Source of the DNA: Rickettsiales bacterium
GTDB taxonomy: Bacteria; Pseudomonadota; Alphaproteobacteria; Rickettsiales; SXRF01
DNA length: 64,000 nt
Direction: 5' to 3'
Assembly: GCA_025464625.1 (NCBI GenBank)
Contig: JAOAUZ010000004.1
Location: 18,607-82,606, forward strand
Every line of letters begins with the position of its first letter. Positions within the stretch are counted from its first letter, which is position 1. The notes beneath the pieces are model-generated. The model was not told the DNA's origin. It was given only the letters and a program-made list of their open reading frames with translations, and ran no database searches. Shown here one piece after another: positions 48,985-58,224 of this stretch. The translations under genes and the position numbers were made by a program.

Positions 48985-49343
48985 ATGAAGCTGTAAAATT
49001 ACAGGTTTGTGTAACTTGCCTTGGTGATAATGGAGAAAAGCTCGGTGCAGAATTTTATGCTGTACTGGAACGCCAAGTTGATAGAGAAAAAATTAATTTG
49101 CAGCCTGTGGAATGTTTTGCGGTGTGCAAGAGGCAATGCACAGTTACCGTATCACAAGTTGGAAAATGGCTGTATATGATTGGTGATTTGAAGGTGGAAA
49201 AGGATATTCCTGATTTGTTTGAATATATCAAAGTTTATTCTGCTTCAGCCAATGGCAGACCACCAATTAGCGAGCGACCTGAGATAGTGAAAAACGGTAC
49301 TATTTCTAGGTTGCCACCTGATTTGAACAAGAATAATTTATAG
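48981..49343 (+). CDS. DUF1636 metal-binding thioredoxin-like protein
   Basis: 120 aa. VCVTC...CFAVCKRQCTV cysteine pattern. This family is commonly found next to cobW/cobN. Confidence 0.75.
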   Translation: MNEAVKLQVCVTCLGDNGEKLGAEFYAVLERQVDREKINLQPVECFAVCKRQCTVTVSQVGKWLYMIGDLKVEKDIPDLFEYIKVYSASANGRPPISERPEIVKNGTISRLPPDLNKNNL

Positions 49344-49357
49344 GTGAGAGGTAAGAT

Positions 49358-50884
49358 ATGATAATACAAGATTCTGGTATTTATTTTGGGCAATCAGATG
49401 AACAACACCAGCTTTTGCTGAAATATGCTAACCGTCATGGTTTGATAGCGGGCGCTACTGGCACTGGTAAAACCTTGTCATTGCAAGGGTTAGTTGAAGG
49501 ATTTTCCCAAGCGGGAGTTCCAGTTTTTATTGCTGATGTGAAAGGAGATCTTTCAGGGCTTGCTGCTGCTGGTATTGATAAAGCTCCTTTGCTAGAGCGT
49601 GCTAAACAAATAGGATTTACTTTGGATTATCAGCCATGTCCCGTGATTTTTTGGGATGTGTTTGGTAAAAATGGACACCCAGTACGCACCACCATTTCTG
49701 AAATGGGACCTATCATGCTTTCCAGTTTACTGGAACTAAATAATACGCAGGAAGGGGTGCTGAATATTGCTTTTGCTGTTGCTGATAATGAAGGATTGTT
49801 GCTGCTAGATTTAGATGATTTGCGTTCGATGCTAACTCATATTAGCGAAAATGCAGGGCAATATTCCGCGCAATATGGCAATGTTTCTGCGGCTTCTGTG
49901 GGGGCGATACAGCGTGCCTTGCTTACACTGGAAGCACAAGGTGGCAAACAGCTTTTTGGTGAGCCTGCACTTTCTATTGCTGATCTTATGCGCGTTGCTC
50001 CAAACGGGCAAGGTGCAGTGAATATTCTTTCTGCTGAAACATTGATGCAGACCCCAAAACTTTATTCAATGTTGCTGCTGTGGCTATTGTCAGAATTATT
50101 TGAAGATTTGCCAGAAGTTGGTGATATGGAAAAGCCAAAACTGGTATTTTTCTTTGATGAGGCGCATTTGTTATTTAATGATGCACCAAAGGCATTGATT
50201 GAAAAAATCGAACAGCTTGTAAGGCTGATTCGTTCAAAAGGTGTTGGGGTTTATTTTATTACGCAAAACCCAGCAGATATTCCAGCCAATGTGCTTGGGC
50301 AACTTTCCAATCGTGTGCAACATGCTTTGCGTGCTTTTACTCCACAAGATCAAAAAGGTGTTAAAGCTGCTGCACAGACATTTCGTCCTAACCCTTCGTT
50401 CAAAACAGAAGATGCCATTACTACGCTAGGTGTTGGTGAGGCATTGGTTTCAGTGTTAGACGCAAAAGGTTCGCCAACAATTGTACAAAAAACATTGATA
50501 CGCCCACCACTTTCTTTAGTTGGAGCAATTTCACCAGCACAGCGTAATAATATTATTTTGCAAAGCCCAGTGAAAGGTGTTTATGACCAAATTGTGAACC
50601 GCGAATCAGCATATGAAATGCTTACTGCGAAAGTTCAAAAAAATACTGTTGCTGATGCAGGGGGAATATGGGGAGCTGTCTCTAATGTTGCTTCGGGAAT
50701 GGCTGGTGCTGGCAATGCTCAACCAACGGCAAATTATTCTGCGCGTAGTTCTGCCGCAAAACCTAGAGGTCGTGAGCCAGAAAGCATTATCACAACTATG
50801 ACGAAAAGTGTTGTGCGAGCTGCTGGTTCACAAATAGGTCGGCAGGTGGTGCGCGGGTTGCTCGGCGCGATGCTCAAGAGATAA
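49358..50884 (+). CDS. yjgR: YjgR-like (DUF853) HerA-type P-loop ATPase
   Basis: 508 aa. [19 protein letters not shown] Walker A and [10 protein letters not shown] Walker B. Confidence 0.85.
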   Translation: MIIQDSGIYFGQSDEQHQLLLKYANRHGLIAGATGTGKTLSLQGLVEGFSQAGVPVFIADVKGDLSGLAAAGIDKAPLLERAKQIGFTLDYQPCPVIFWDVFGKNGHPVRTTISEMGPIMLSSLLELNNTQEGVLNIAFAVADNEGLLLLDLDDLRSMLTHISENAGQYSAQYGNVSAASVGAIQRALLTLEAQGGKQLFGEPALSIADLMRVAPNGQGAVNILSAETLMQTPKLYSMLLLWLLSELFEDLPEVGDMEKPKLVFFFDEAHLLFNDAPKALIEKIEQLVRLIRSKGVGVYFITQNPADIPANVLGQLSNRVQHALRAFTPQDQKGVKAAAQTFRPNPSFKTEDAITTLGVGEALVSVLDAKGSPTIVQKTLIRPPLSLVGAISPAQRNNIILQSPVKGVYDQIVNRESAYEMLTAKVQKNTVADAGGIWGAVSNVASGMAGAGNAQPTANYSARSSAAKPRGREPESIITTMTKSVVRAAGSQIGRQVVRGLLGAMLKR

Positions 50885-51040
50885 TAAACTAATTTTAGCT
50901 TCAAATCTTCTTGCAATGAAGCTTCCTCAAAACAAACATGTATGGAGTATACACTTATTGTTTTTCGGTTTTCATTGCTTCGCGCTTTATCGCCAAAATC
51001 AGTTTATGAAGAAATTTAATTAAATCTTACAAGGAATAAA

Positions 51041-52066
51041 ATGCAAACAATTACAAAAATACCAACCACAATTATCACGGGTTTTCTTGGTGCGGGAAAG
51101 ACTTCGCTCATAAAACATGTTATAGAAAATGCAGGTGGCAGGCGGATTGCCTTGCTTATCAATGAATTTGGCGATGTTGGTGTTGATGGCGCAATTCTTA
51201 AATCATGCAGTAATAATGATTGCCCAGAAGACGCTATTATTGAGCTACCTAATGGTTGCATTTGTTGCACGGTTGCTGATGATTTTTTACCAGCGATAGA
51301 AAAAATTCTAGCGATGGAAGGTAGTTTTGATCACATCATAATTGAAACATCAGGGCTTGCACTTCCCAAGCCATTGGTAAAGGCATTTGATTGGGAGGAA
51401 ATTCGCTCGCGCCTGACTGTTGATGGTGTAATTGCGGTTGTGGATACGCCAGCGGTTTTTGCTGGTGATTTTGCAGAAAATTTGGAAGCAATTAATCAAC
51501 AAAAAACTGAAATTGGTTTGCTGGAGCATGATAACCCGCTGGCAGAAGTTTATGAAGATCAACTTCTTTGTGCTGATATGATTATACTTAATAAAACTGA
51601 CCAGATTAGCCCAGAAAATATCGCCAAAGTTAAGGCCGATATAGAGCAGGAAATAAAGCGCGGAGTGCCGATTATTGAGGCAGCACATGGGCAGATTGCT
51701 CCTGATATTCTGTTGGGGATTAAGGCTGCTGCGGAGATGGATGTTGCTAACCGTATATCGCATCATGAATTGGAAGAAGAGCATGATCATGATGATTTTG
51801 AAAGTTTTGTGCTGGCTTTTCCAGAAATTGGCGATATAGAAATTTTTCATAACAAGATTGTTACGATTGCGGAATTATATGGTGTGCTTAGGGTAAAAGG
51901 TTTCGTGCGCGTAAGCGACAGACCACTACGTTATCTCGTGCAAGCGGTGGGAAGACGGGTTTCTGGGCATTTTGAAGCGAAGCCAAATATTGAAGCAGGA
52001 AACATTGTTATAATTGGAAAAAAAGGGCTGGATAAAGAAGGTATAATAAGTTGCATCTTTCAATAA
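51041..52066 (+). CDS. cobW: Cobalamin biosynthesis GTPase/metallochaperone CobW
   Basis: 341 aa. GFLGAGKTSLIKH, the CICC motif and a His/Asp/Glu-rich stretch HHELEEEHDHDD. Confidence 0.92.
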   Translation: MQTITKIPTTIITGFLGAGKTSLIKHVIENAGGRRIALLINEFGDVGVDGAILKSCSNNDCPEDAIIELPNGCICCTVADDFLPAIEKILAMEGSFDHIIIETSGLALPKPLVKAFDWEEIRSRLTVDGVIAVVDTPAVFAGDFAENLEAINQQKTEIGLLEHDNPLAEVYEDQLLCADMIILNKTDQISPENIAKVKADIEQEIKRGVPIIEAAHGQIAPDILLGIKAAAEMDVANRISHHELEEEHDHDDFESFVLAFPEIGDIEIFHNKIVTIAELYGVLRVKGFVRVSDRPLRYLVQAVGRRVSGHFEAKPNIEAGNIVIIGKKGLDKEGIISCIFQ

Positions 52067-55000
52067 AACATTCACAGGGCATAGAAGATGCGGATTTGCC
52101 GATAAATCCGTCGCAAACTCCTGCTGATATTTTGTATTTATCATTTACTGATTCGGATCTTTCTTGCATGGCGGTGGCGGCGAAAGATGCGGATAATCTG
52201 CGTATTTCTAAACTCGCTTTGCTTAAACATCCTCTATCTGTGGATTTATATATTGAGCAGGTGGCAGCGCATGCCAAAGTAATATTAGTACGCTTGCTCG
52301 GTGGTTATGATTGGTGGAAATACGGGGTAGAAGAATTATCCAAACTCGCTCGCAGCAAAAATATAAAGCTAATTATGGTCGCAGGGCATATTCACGATCC
52401 ACGCCTTTGCGAGCTTTCTACTATTCCCAAAACTGAGCTAGACATGATTGAAAATTGCCTAGCTCAAGGTGGTGCGGAAAATGCAAGTAGAGTGTTTGAA
52501 TATCTGCACAATGCTGTCATGCCTACGCCTAAAATTATAGATAATGCTGTGTTGTATAGAAGTAATAATTCTGGTGAAAAGAAAGCCACAATTATTTTTT
52601 ACCGCACGCATTATTTAGCTGCGGATATTGCGCCGATTGACGCGTTGCTTGACGCTCTTGCAAACAGGGGAATTGCAGGGCGGGCGTTTATGCTCACTAG
52701 CCTTAAAGATGAAGCTGCACTTGAACTACTCAAAATAGAACTTGCTGAAGTTCCTCCTGATATTATTTTAGATGCTACAGCGTTTTCGGCAGGAAATGGC
52801 GCGCATCCACTCGCTTATTTAGATGCCCCGATTTTGCAGGTTGCGCTGGCGAATATGTCGCTTGCTGATTGGCAGGAATCAAAGCGGGGACTTTCCACTA
52901 GCGATATGGCGATGCAGGTGGTTTTGCCTGAAGCGGACGGACGGATTTTTACTCGGGCTATTGCCTTCAAAGCAGAAGGGATGTTGCATAAAAATCTGGA
53001 ATATACCCGCAGTTTTTATCAGCCAGAAATGGGGCGGATGGAATATGTGGCGGAGCTGGCAGCCGCATGGGTGAATTTGCGTAAGAAGAAAAATTCCGAG
53101 AAAAAAATTGCATTGATACTTTCTGATTATCCGCAGCGCCCCGGGCGTAAAGGTTATGCTGTGGGGCTGGATGCAATGGCAAGTGTGGAGAAGATTTTGG
53201 AAGTGCTGGGGGATGAGGGATATTCAGTGGTTGGTGGTCATGAGTCATGGGTCATGAGTCATGAGAGGTTTGAAATTAAAGATTACAAAACTCGTTTTGC
53301 GACTTTGCCATGTGAAAACCAGCAGGCGGTGCTTGATGCGTGGGGCAAACCGCAGGATGATGATTTTGAAATTAAGGTAAAAATTTACGGTAATGTGGTG
53401 GTGGCGTTGCAGCCTGATCGTGGCTCGTTTTCTGATAAAAAAACTGGCTATCATGATTCGGCAACTCCGCCTTGCCATAATTATTTGGCATTTTATTTTT
53501 GGCTGCGTGATGAGTTTGGCATGGATGCTCTTATTCATCTTGGCACGCATGGAAATCTGGAATGGCTACCTGCAAAAACAGTGGCTTTGTCAGAAAATTG
53601 CTGGCCTGAAATTGTGCTTGGGGCAACGCCTGTAATTTATCCGTATATTGTTTCTGATGCGGGCGAGGCAGCGCAGGCAAAAAGGCGGATTTCGGCGGTG
53701 ATAATCAGCCATCTCACACCGCCTTTGCAGCAGGTGGAGCTTGCGCCTGAACTTGCCGAACTTGAGGCTCTCACGGATGAATATAGCAGTGCCGATGGGC
53801 TAGACGGCAGGCGGATGAAATATTTGCGGGATGAAATTATTTTCCGTGCCAAGCGTTCTGGTTTGTCATTTGCGGATAGCGATGATGCTGCGGTGATGAG
53901 TGCGTTGGAATCTCACCTTTGCGACATAAAAGAGCAACGTGTGGGAGATGGTTTGCATGTATTTGGTGAAGGTAAAAATATTGAATGTGCTGCAAATGAG
54001 CGCAAAAATCTTCTCGCTGCTTTGGCGGGAAAATTTATTATGCCCAGTGCTGGCGGTGCGCCATCACGGGGGCGGGTTGATGTGTTGCCAACAGGGCGTA
54101 ATCTGATAGGCGTTGACCCACGTACGATTCCTACCAAAACCGCAAGCGTGATAGGCAAGCGGGCGGGCGCAGATTTTGTGCGCCGTTATATGCAGGATTT
54201 TGGCGATTATCCAAAAAATATCATGATGGATCTTTGGGGTTCGGCAACTTTGCGCACAGGCGGTGATGAAATTGCCCAAGCACTCGCACTTATGGGTGTG
54301 AATATCTTGTGGGATGAAAGCACGCAGCGTGTGTCGGGTTTTGAGATTATCCCTGATGCTGAAATTGGCTGGCAAAGGGTGGATGTAACGCTGCGTATCT
54401 CTGGATTGTTCCGTGATATGTTCCCGAATTTGATTTTGCTGTTTGATGATGCGGTGCAGGCGGTTGCCAAGTTGCAAGGCAGACAAAACGCATGGCGTAT
54501 TTTTGGCAATGCACCAAGTAGCTACGGCGCAGGTACAACTGAATTGATAGACTCTGGCGCATGGAAAACCAGAGATGATTTAGGGCAGGCATATCTTTCC
54601 GCATCGCATTTTGCCTATGGGAGAGGAGTGGACGGTGTGGTGGCTGCTGCCAATTTGCGGGAGAGGGTGGCATCTAGTGATGCGCTGATTCATGTGCAGG
54701 ATCTGCGTGAGGTGGATGTGCTAAGTGGTGCAGACTTTGCCGATAGCGAAGGTGGTTTTGCTGCTGCTGCCAATTTGCTTGGCGCAAGTCCTGCACTTTA
54801 TCATATAGATACTACTAATCCTGAAAAAATAAAAACTCGTACACTGGTTGAAGAAATTTCTCTCACCCTTCACGCTCGTGCTATTAATCCGCAGTGGATA
54901 GCAGGGCAGATGCGCCATGGTTATGCAGGCGGGGCGGCACTGGCGGATGTGGTGGATAATCTTTTTGCTCTTGCTGCCAGCAGTGATAAAGTGACCTCTG

Positions 55001-55209
55001 CCCAGTTTGATTTGGTCGCTGATAATTATTTGCATAATGAGCGAGTGCGTGAGTTTTTGCAGCGGGAAAATCCAGACGCATTAAATGCAATAATATCAAG
55101 GCTTAATGAGGCTAGAGAGCGTGGGCTGTGGCTGCCACTACGGAATTCTACCATCAATTTATTTGCAGAAAATATAGGTAAAAAAATGTTAATGACTTTT
55201 TCAGGGTAG
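52051..55209 (+). CDS. cobN: Cobaltochelatase large subunit CobN
   Basis: 1052 aa. N-terminus ...DLPINPSQTPADILYLSFTDSDLS is typical of CobN, and the CobN/Mg-chelatase domain runs throughout. Confidence 0.92.
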   Translation: MHLSIKHSQGIEDADLPINPSQTPADILYLSFTDSDLSCMAVAAKDADNLRISKLALLKHPLSVDLYIEQVAAHAKVILVRLLGGYDWWKYGVEELSKLARSKNIKLIMVAGHIHDPRLCELSTIPKTELDMIENCLAQGGAENASRVFEYLHNAVMPTPKIIDNAVLYRSNNSGEKKATIIFYRTHYLAADIAPIDALLDALANRGIAGRAFMLTSLKDEAALELLKIELAEVPPDIILDATAFSAGNGAHPLAYLDAPILQVALANMSLADWQESKRGLSTSDMAMQVVLPEADGRIFTRAIAFKAEGMLHKNLEYTRSFYQPEMGRMEYVAELAAAWVNLRKKKNSEKKIALILSDYPQRPGRKGYAVGLDAMASVEKILEVLGDEGYSVVGGHESWVMSHERFEIKDYKTRFATLPCENQQAVLDAWGKPQDDDFEIKVKIYGNVVVALQPDRGSFSDKKTGYHDSATPPCHNYLAFYFWLRDEFGMDALIHLGTHGNLEWLPAKTVALSENCWPEIVLGATPVIYPYIVSDAGEAAQAKRRISAVIISHLTPPLQQVELAPELAELEALTDEYSSADGLDGRRMKYLRDEIIFRAKRSGLSFADSDDAAVMSALESHLCDIKEQRVGDGLHVFGEGKNIECAANERKNLLAALAGKFIMPSAGGAPSRGRVDVLPTGRNLIGVDPRTIPTKTASVIGKRAGADFVRRYMQDFGDYPKNIMMDLWGSATLRTGGDEIAQALALMGVNILWDESTQRVSGFEIIPDAEIGWQRVDVTLRISGLFRDMFPNLILLFDDAVQAVAKLQGRQNAWRIFGNAPSSYGAGTTELIDSGAWKTRDDLGQAYLSASHFAYGRGVDGVVAAANLRERVASSDALIHVQDLREVDVLSGADFADSEGGFAAAANLLGASPALYHIDTTNPEKIKTRTLVEEISLTLHARAINPQWIAGQMRHGYAGGAALADVVDNLFALAASSDKVTSAQFDLVADNYLHNERVREFLQRENPDALNAIISRLNEARERGLWLPLRNSTINLFAENIGKKMLMTFSG
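53236..53263. repeat. Perfect tandem 14-mer x2 (four heptamers) inside cobN
   Basis: GGTCATGAGTCATG GGTCATGAGTCATG, read directly. It encodes ...GHESWVMSHE... Confidence 0.85.
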
Positions 55210-55253
55210 TAATATAAAATTACTGACTTATAAAGATAATACGGTGGTTGATT

Positions 55254-55886
55254 ATGGAAGACTCAAAAAAACCTGAAAGGCATATTGTAGTAATGGTTGC
55301 GTTGCCAGCTAGTGGCAAAACTACATATATAAAAAATACAAAAGAACTTGAAGGATATACCGTGTTATCAGTTGATAATATCGTCAAGGAACTTCGTGAT
55401 AAAATTCATACAGAAACTGGGGAAGATGTTTCCATGGATACCGCGCGCATGCGGAATAATGATTTTGTAGTTGAGGAATTATATAGAAGACTTCAAAAAG
55501 CTGTAGATAGGGGTGAAAACGTGATTATAGATAGGTCTAGCCCGACTGTTGTTGAGCGTGCTAGGAGCTTAAAAATCGCAAAATCATCCAAAGATTTTAA
55601 TTATAAAAGTACTGCAGTGATTATTCATCCACCATCGGAAGGTGAGCATATTGATAGATTGATAACTAGAGCTAGGCATGAAAGACGTCACGGTGTGTTG
55701 AATGATGTTGGTATATTTAAAATGGAACCAATAGGAAAGCAAGAATTTGATAAAGTTATAGAAGTAGGAACTCCTGCTGACAAACCACTATATTGGGAAT
55801 ATAAGAAGGCTGCTGAAAATCCTATAAGCCTTGTAGCTTTGATAGAAGAGTCAAGAAGAAGAGGTTCTTCCGAGTTGCATAGGTAG
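55254..55886 (+). CDS. P-loop kinase-like protein (AAA_33 / polynucleotide-kinase-like), paralogue 1
   Basis: VVMVALPASGKTTYI Walker A and VIIDRS. The ATG at 55254 (MEDSKK) is preferred over the TTG at 55248. It is paralogous to the next ORF. Confidence 0.75.
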   Translation: MEDSKKPERHIVVMVALPASGKTTYIKNTKELEGYTVLSVDNIVKELRDKIHTETGEDVSMDTARMRNNDFVVEELYRRLQKAVDRGENVIIDRSSPTVVERARSLKIAKSSKDFNYKSTAVIIHPPSEGEHIDRLITRARHERRHGVLNDVGIFKMEPIGKQEFDKVIEVGTPADKPLYWEYKKAAENPISLVALIEESRRRGSSELHR

Positions 55887-55982
55887 GAGGCATTTAATTG
55901 TAAAATTTCAGTAAATTGTTAATGAATTTCCAGCTAAATCGGCTATAATCATAACCAAACCGCAACTTGGCAAGTGTTTATC

Positions 55983-56594
55983 ATGGAAAACCATATAAAA
56001 TCTGAAAGGCAAATAGTAATGTTGATTGGTTTGCCAGGTGCTGGAAAAAGCACTTATATTAGGGAGCATGCAGAAGAATTAAAAGGATTCACGATTGTTT
56101 CGATTGATGGAATAGCGCAGGAACGCAGTAAAGGAACTGGGCTTACTGGAACTCAAATACACGATAAACAATATGATTCGATAGTTAAAGAGTTTGCTGA
56201 TAGGCTTGATGCTGCTGTTAAAAACGGTGATAATATACTGATAGAAGGTGTCAATGCTACGTTAGCAAAACGTTCTATGCGGTTGGCTGGGGCTAAAAAT
56301 TCTGAGCAGTATGATTATAAAACTAAAGCCATAGTTATAAATCCTCCTTCAGAAGAGGTTCGTATGGAGCGTATTTGGAAAAGAGCTGTCAGTGAGCATC
56401 GTGTTAGTTTTGATGGTTTAAAAATAGAGATGCCAAAAAAAGGAGAGTTTGATCAGGTTGAGTATATTGGAACTGTTCCAAGCGTTCCTTCTTTATATTC
56501 ACAGAATGGAAATCCATCAGTGAGTTTGGCGGAATTAATAAAATCTGCTAGAGAATCGGCAAAAAATTCAGAAAATTTAAAACCTCACAGATAA
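55983..56594 (+). CDS. P-loop kinase-like protein, paralogue 2
   Basis: VMLIGLPGAGKSTYI Walker A. The ATG at 55983 (MENHIK) is preferred over the GTG at 55974. It is colinear with paralogue 1 down to the shared C-terminal ...HR. Confidence 0.75.
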   Translation: MENHIKSERQIVMLIGLPGAGKSTYIREHAEELKGFTIVSIDGIAQERSKGTGLTGTQIHDKQYDSIVKEFADRLDAAVKNGDNILIEGVNATLAKRSMRLAGAKNSEQYDYKTKAIVINPPSEEVRMERIWKRAVSEHRVSFDGLKIEMPKKGEFDQVEYIGTVPSVPSLYSQNGNPSVSLAELIKSARESAKNSENLKPHR

Positions 56595-56595
56595 G

Positions 56596-57576
56596 ATGCT
56601 TCAAGATAAAAAAAAGTTGGTAAGAGGCTGGTGTCCGAGTCTTGAAAAGCCCATGGAAAGCGGTGATGGGCTATTGGTACGGATTCCAATTAAGTTTGGA
56701 CGGATAACGGCGAATATAGCGCAAAAGATTGCCGAACTTTCTACAAAATATGGCAATGGACACATTGATTTATCAAATCGTGGAAATTTGCAGATTCGTG
56801 GTGTTAGTGAAAAAACTTATGAGATTCTGCGGGTGGAGTTAGCACAGCTTGGATTTGAAAGAGATTTTCCCATTAATATTATAGCAAATCCGCTTGATAA
56901 AAATGCTCAGAAGTTAGCAGAGGAATTGTCGGAAATCTGTTTAGAAAAACAGCTTTGTCTACCAGAAAAATTTCTTATAGTAATTGATAGTGGTGGAGTG
57001 TTTCCACTTTCCGCTTTGCCCTCTGATTTATATATTAATCCAGCATGTGCGGATATGCAGCAAATTATATCTACCCTTAGAAACGCAAAAAAATGTGATA
57101 AAAAACCTGCTGCTATAAATGCTCCAAACGCGCCGATTGGGTTCGTTCCGCTTGCAGAACAAAACGGTATAATTTCTGTTACTGCAACATTCGGCAGGAT
57201 AGAAGCAGAGGAATTAAAAAAACTGGCAGTTATTGCTAAAAAATTTAGTGGTGGTGAGATAATCTTTGCACCATTTCGTAGGGTAATTTTACAAAATATT
57301 GCTGCTGAAAATTCTGCAGAAATTTTACAGAGTTTAGAAAAAATAGGTTTTATTACCAAAAATGGCGATTCACGCCTGAATATCCATGCCTGCGTTGGTG
57401 CGCCAGCTTGCAGCTCGGCACTGGGTGAAACTCGCGCTCTTGCCCAGAAATGGGCAGAAGGCCACCCGAATCTAACACAAATTGTGCATATTACAGGTTG
57501 CTCTAAGGGTTGCGCTTATAGGGGAGTTGCGGATATAACCATAACTGCAACAAAAATGGGATATGAGACCAGCTAA
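56596..57576 (+). CDS. cobG: Precorrin-3B synthase (aerobic route), compact form
   Basis: 326 aa. RGWCPSLEKPMESGDGLLVRI, with C-terminal Cys cluster CVGAPAC...GCSKGC. Confidence 0.85.
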   Translation: MLQDKKKLVRGWCPSLEKPMESGDGLLVRIPIKFGRITANIAQKIAELSTKYGNGHIDLSNRGNLQIRGVSEKTYEILRVELAQLGFERDFPINIIANPLDKNAQKLAEELSEICLEKQLCLPEKFLIVIDSGGVFPLSALPSDLYINPACADMQQIISTLRNAKKCDKKPAAINAPNAPIGFVPLAEQNGIISVTATFGRIEAEELKKLAVIAKKFSGGEIIFAPFRRVILQNIAAENSAEILQSLEKIGFITKNGDSRLNIHACVGAPACSSALGETRALAQKWAEGHPNLTQIVHITGCSKGCAYRGVADITITATKMGYETS

Positions 57577-58211
57577 TGACAAGTCGTTACAACTACATCC
57601 GTGATGGCGGAGAGATTTATAAAAAATCCTTTGCCATTATTCGTGCGGAATCTGATTTGTCGCGTTTTAATTCTGATGAAGAAAAGGTAGCAGTGCGGGT
57701 TATTCACGCTTGCGGTCTGGTGGAGGCAGCGTCGGATATTTTCTTTTCCAAAAACATGGTGAGAATCGCGCGTGATGCGCTGAAAAACGGTGCGCCGATT
57801 TTGTGTGATGCGAAGATGGTGGCAAGTGGCATAACCCGCGCGCGCTTGCCTGCCAGTAACGAAATTATTTGCACACTTTCTGACCCACGCGTGCCTGAGC
57901 TGGCGCAGAAAATTGGCAATACGCGCTCGGCAGCAGCGATGGAACTCTGGCGCGATAAATTGGCAGGTTCAGTGGTGGCAATTGGCAACGCGCCAACTTC
58001 ACTTTTTTATTTGCTGGAAATGCTGGATGCTGGCGCACCACTGCCTGCGGCGGTTATCGGGATGCCTGTAGGTTTTGTGGGGGCGGCGGAATCAAAAGAA
58101 GCACTTATGAATGATGGGCGCGTGCCATATGCAGTGGTGCGTGGGCGCAGGGGTGGCAGTGCGATGACTGTGGCGGCGATAAACGCCATAGCGCAGGAAC
58201 AAGAGATATAA
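57576..58211 (+). CDS. cobH: Precorrin-8X methylmutase
   Basis: 211 aa. YIRDGGEIYKKSFAIIRAE and VVAIGNAPT. Confidence 0.93.
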   Translation: MTSRYNYIRDGGEIYKKSFAIIRAESDLSRFNSDEEKVAVRVIHACGLVEAASDIFFSKNMVRIARDALKNGAPILCDAKMVASGITRARLPASNEIICTLSDPRVPELAQKIGNTRSAAAMELWRDKLAGSVVAIGNAPTSLFYLLEMLDAGAPLPAAVIGMPVGFVGAAESKEALMNDGRVPYAVVRGRRGGSAMTVAAINAIAQEQEI

Positions 58212-58224
58212 AAAAAGAGGCTAT

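Noticed and set aside
50897-50923. Hairpin AGCTTCA-N13-TGAAGCT after yjgR as an intrinsic terminator
   Set aside because: The loop is large and no T-run follows. The evidence is too weak to call a terminator.
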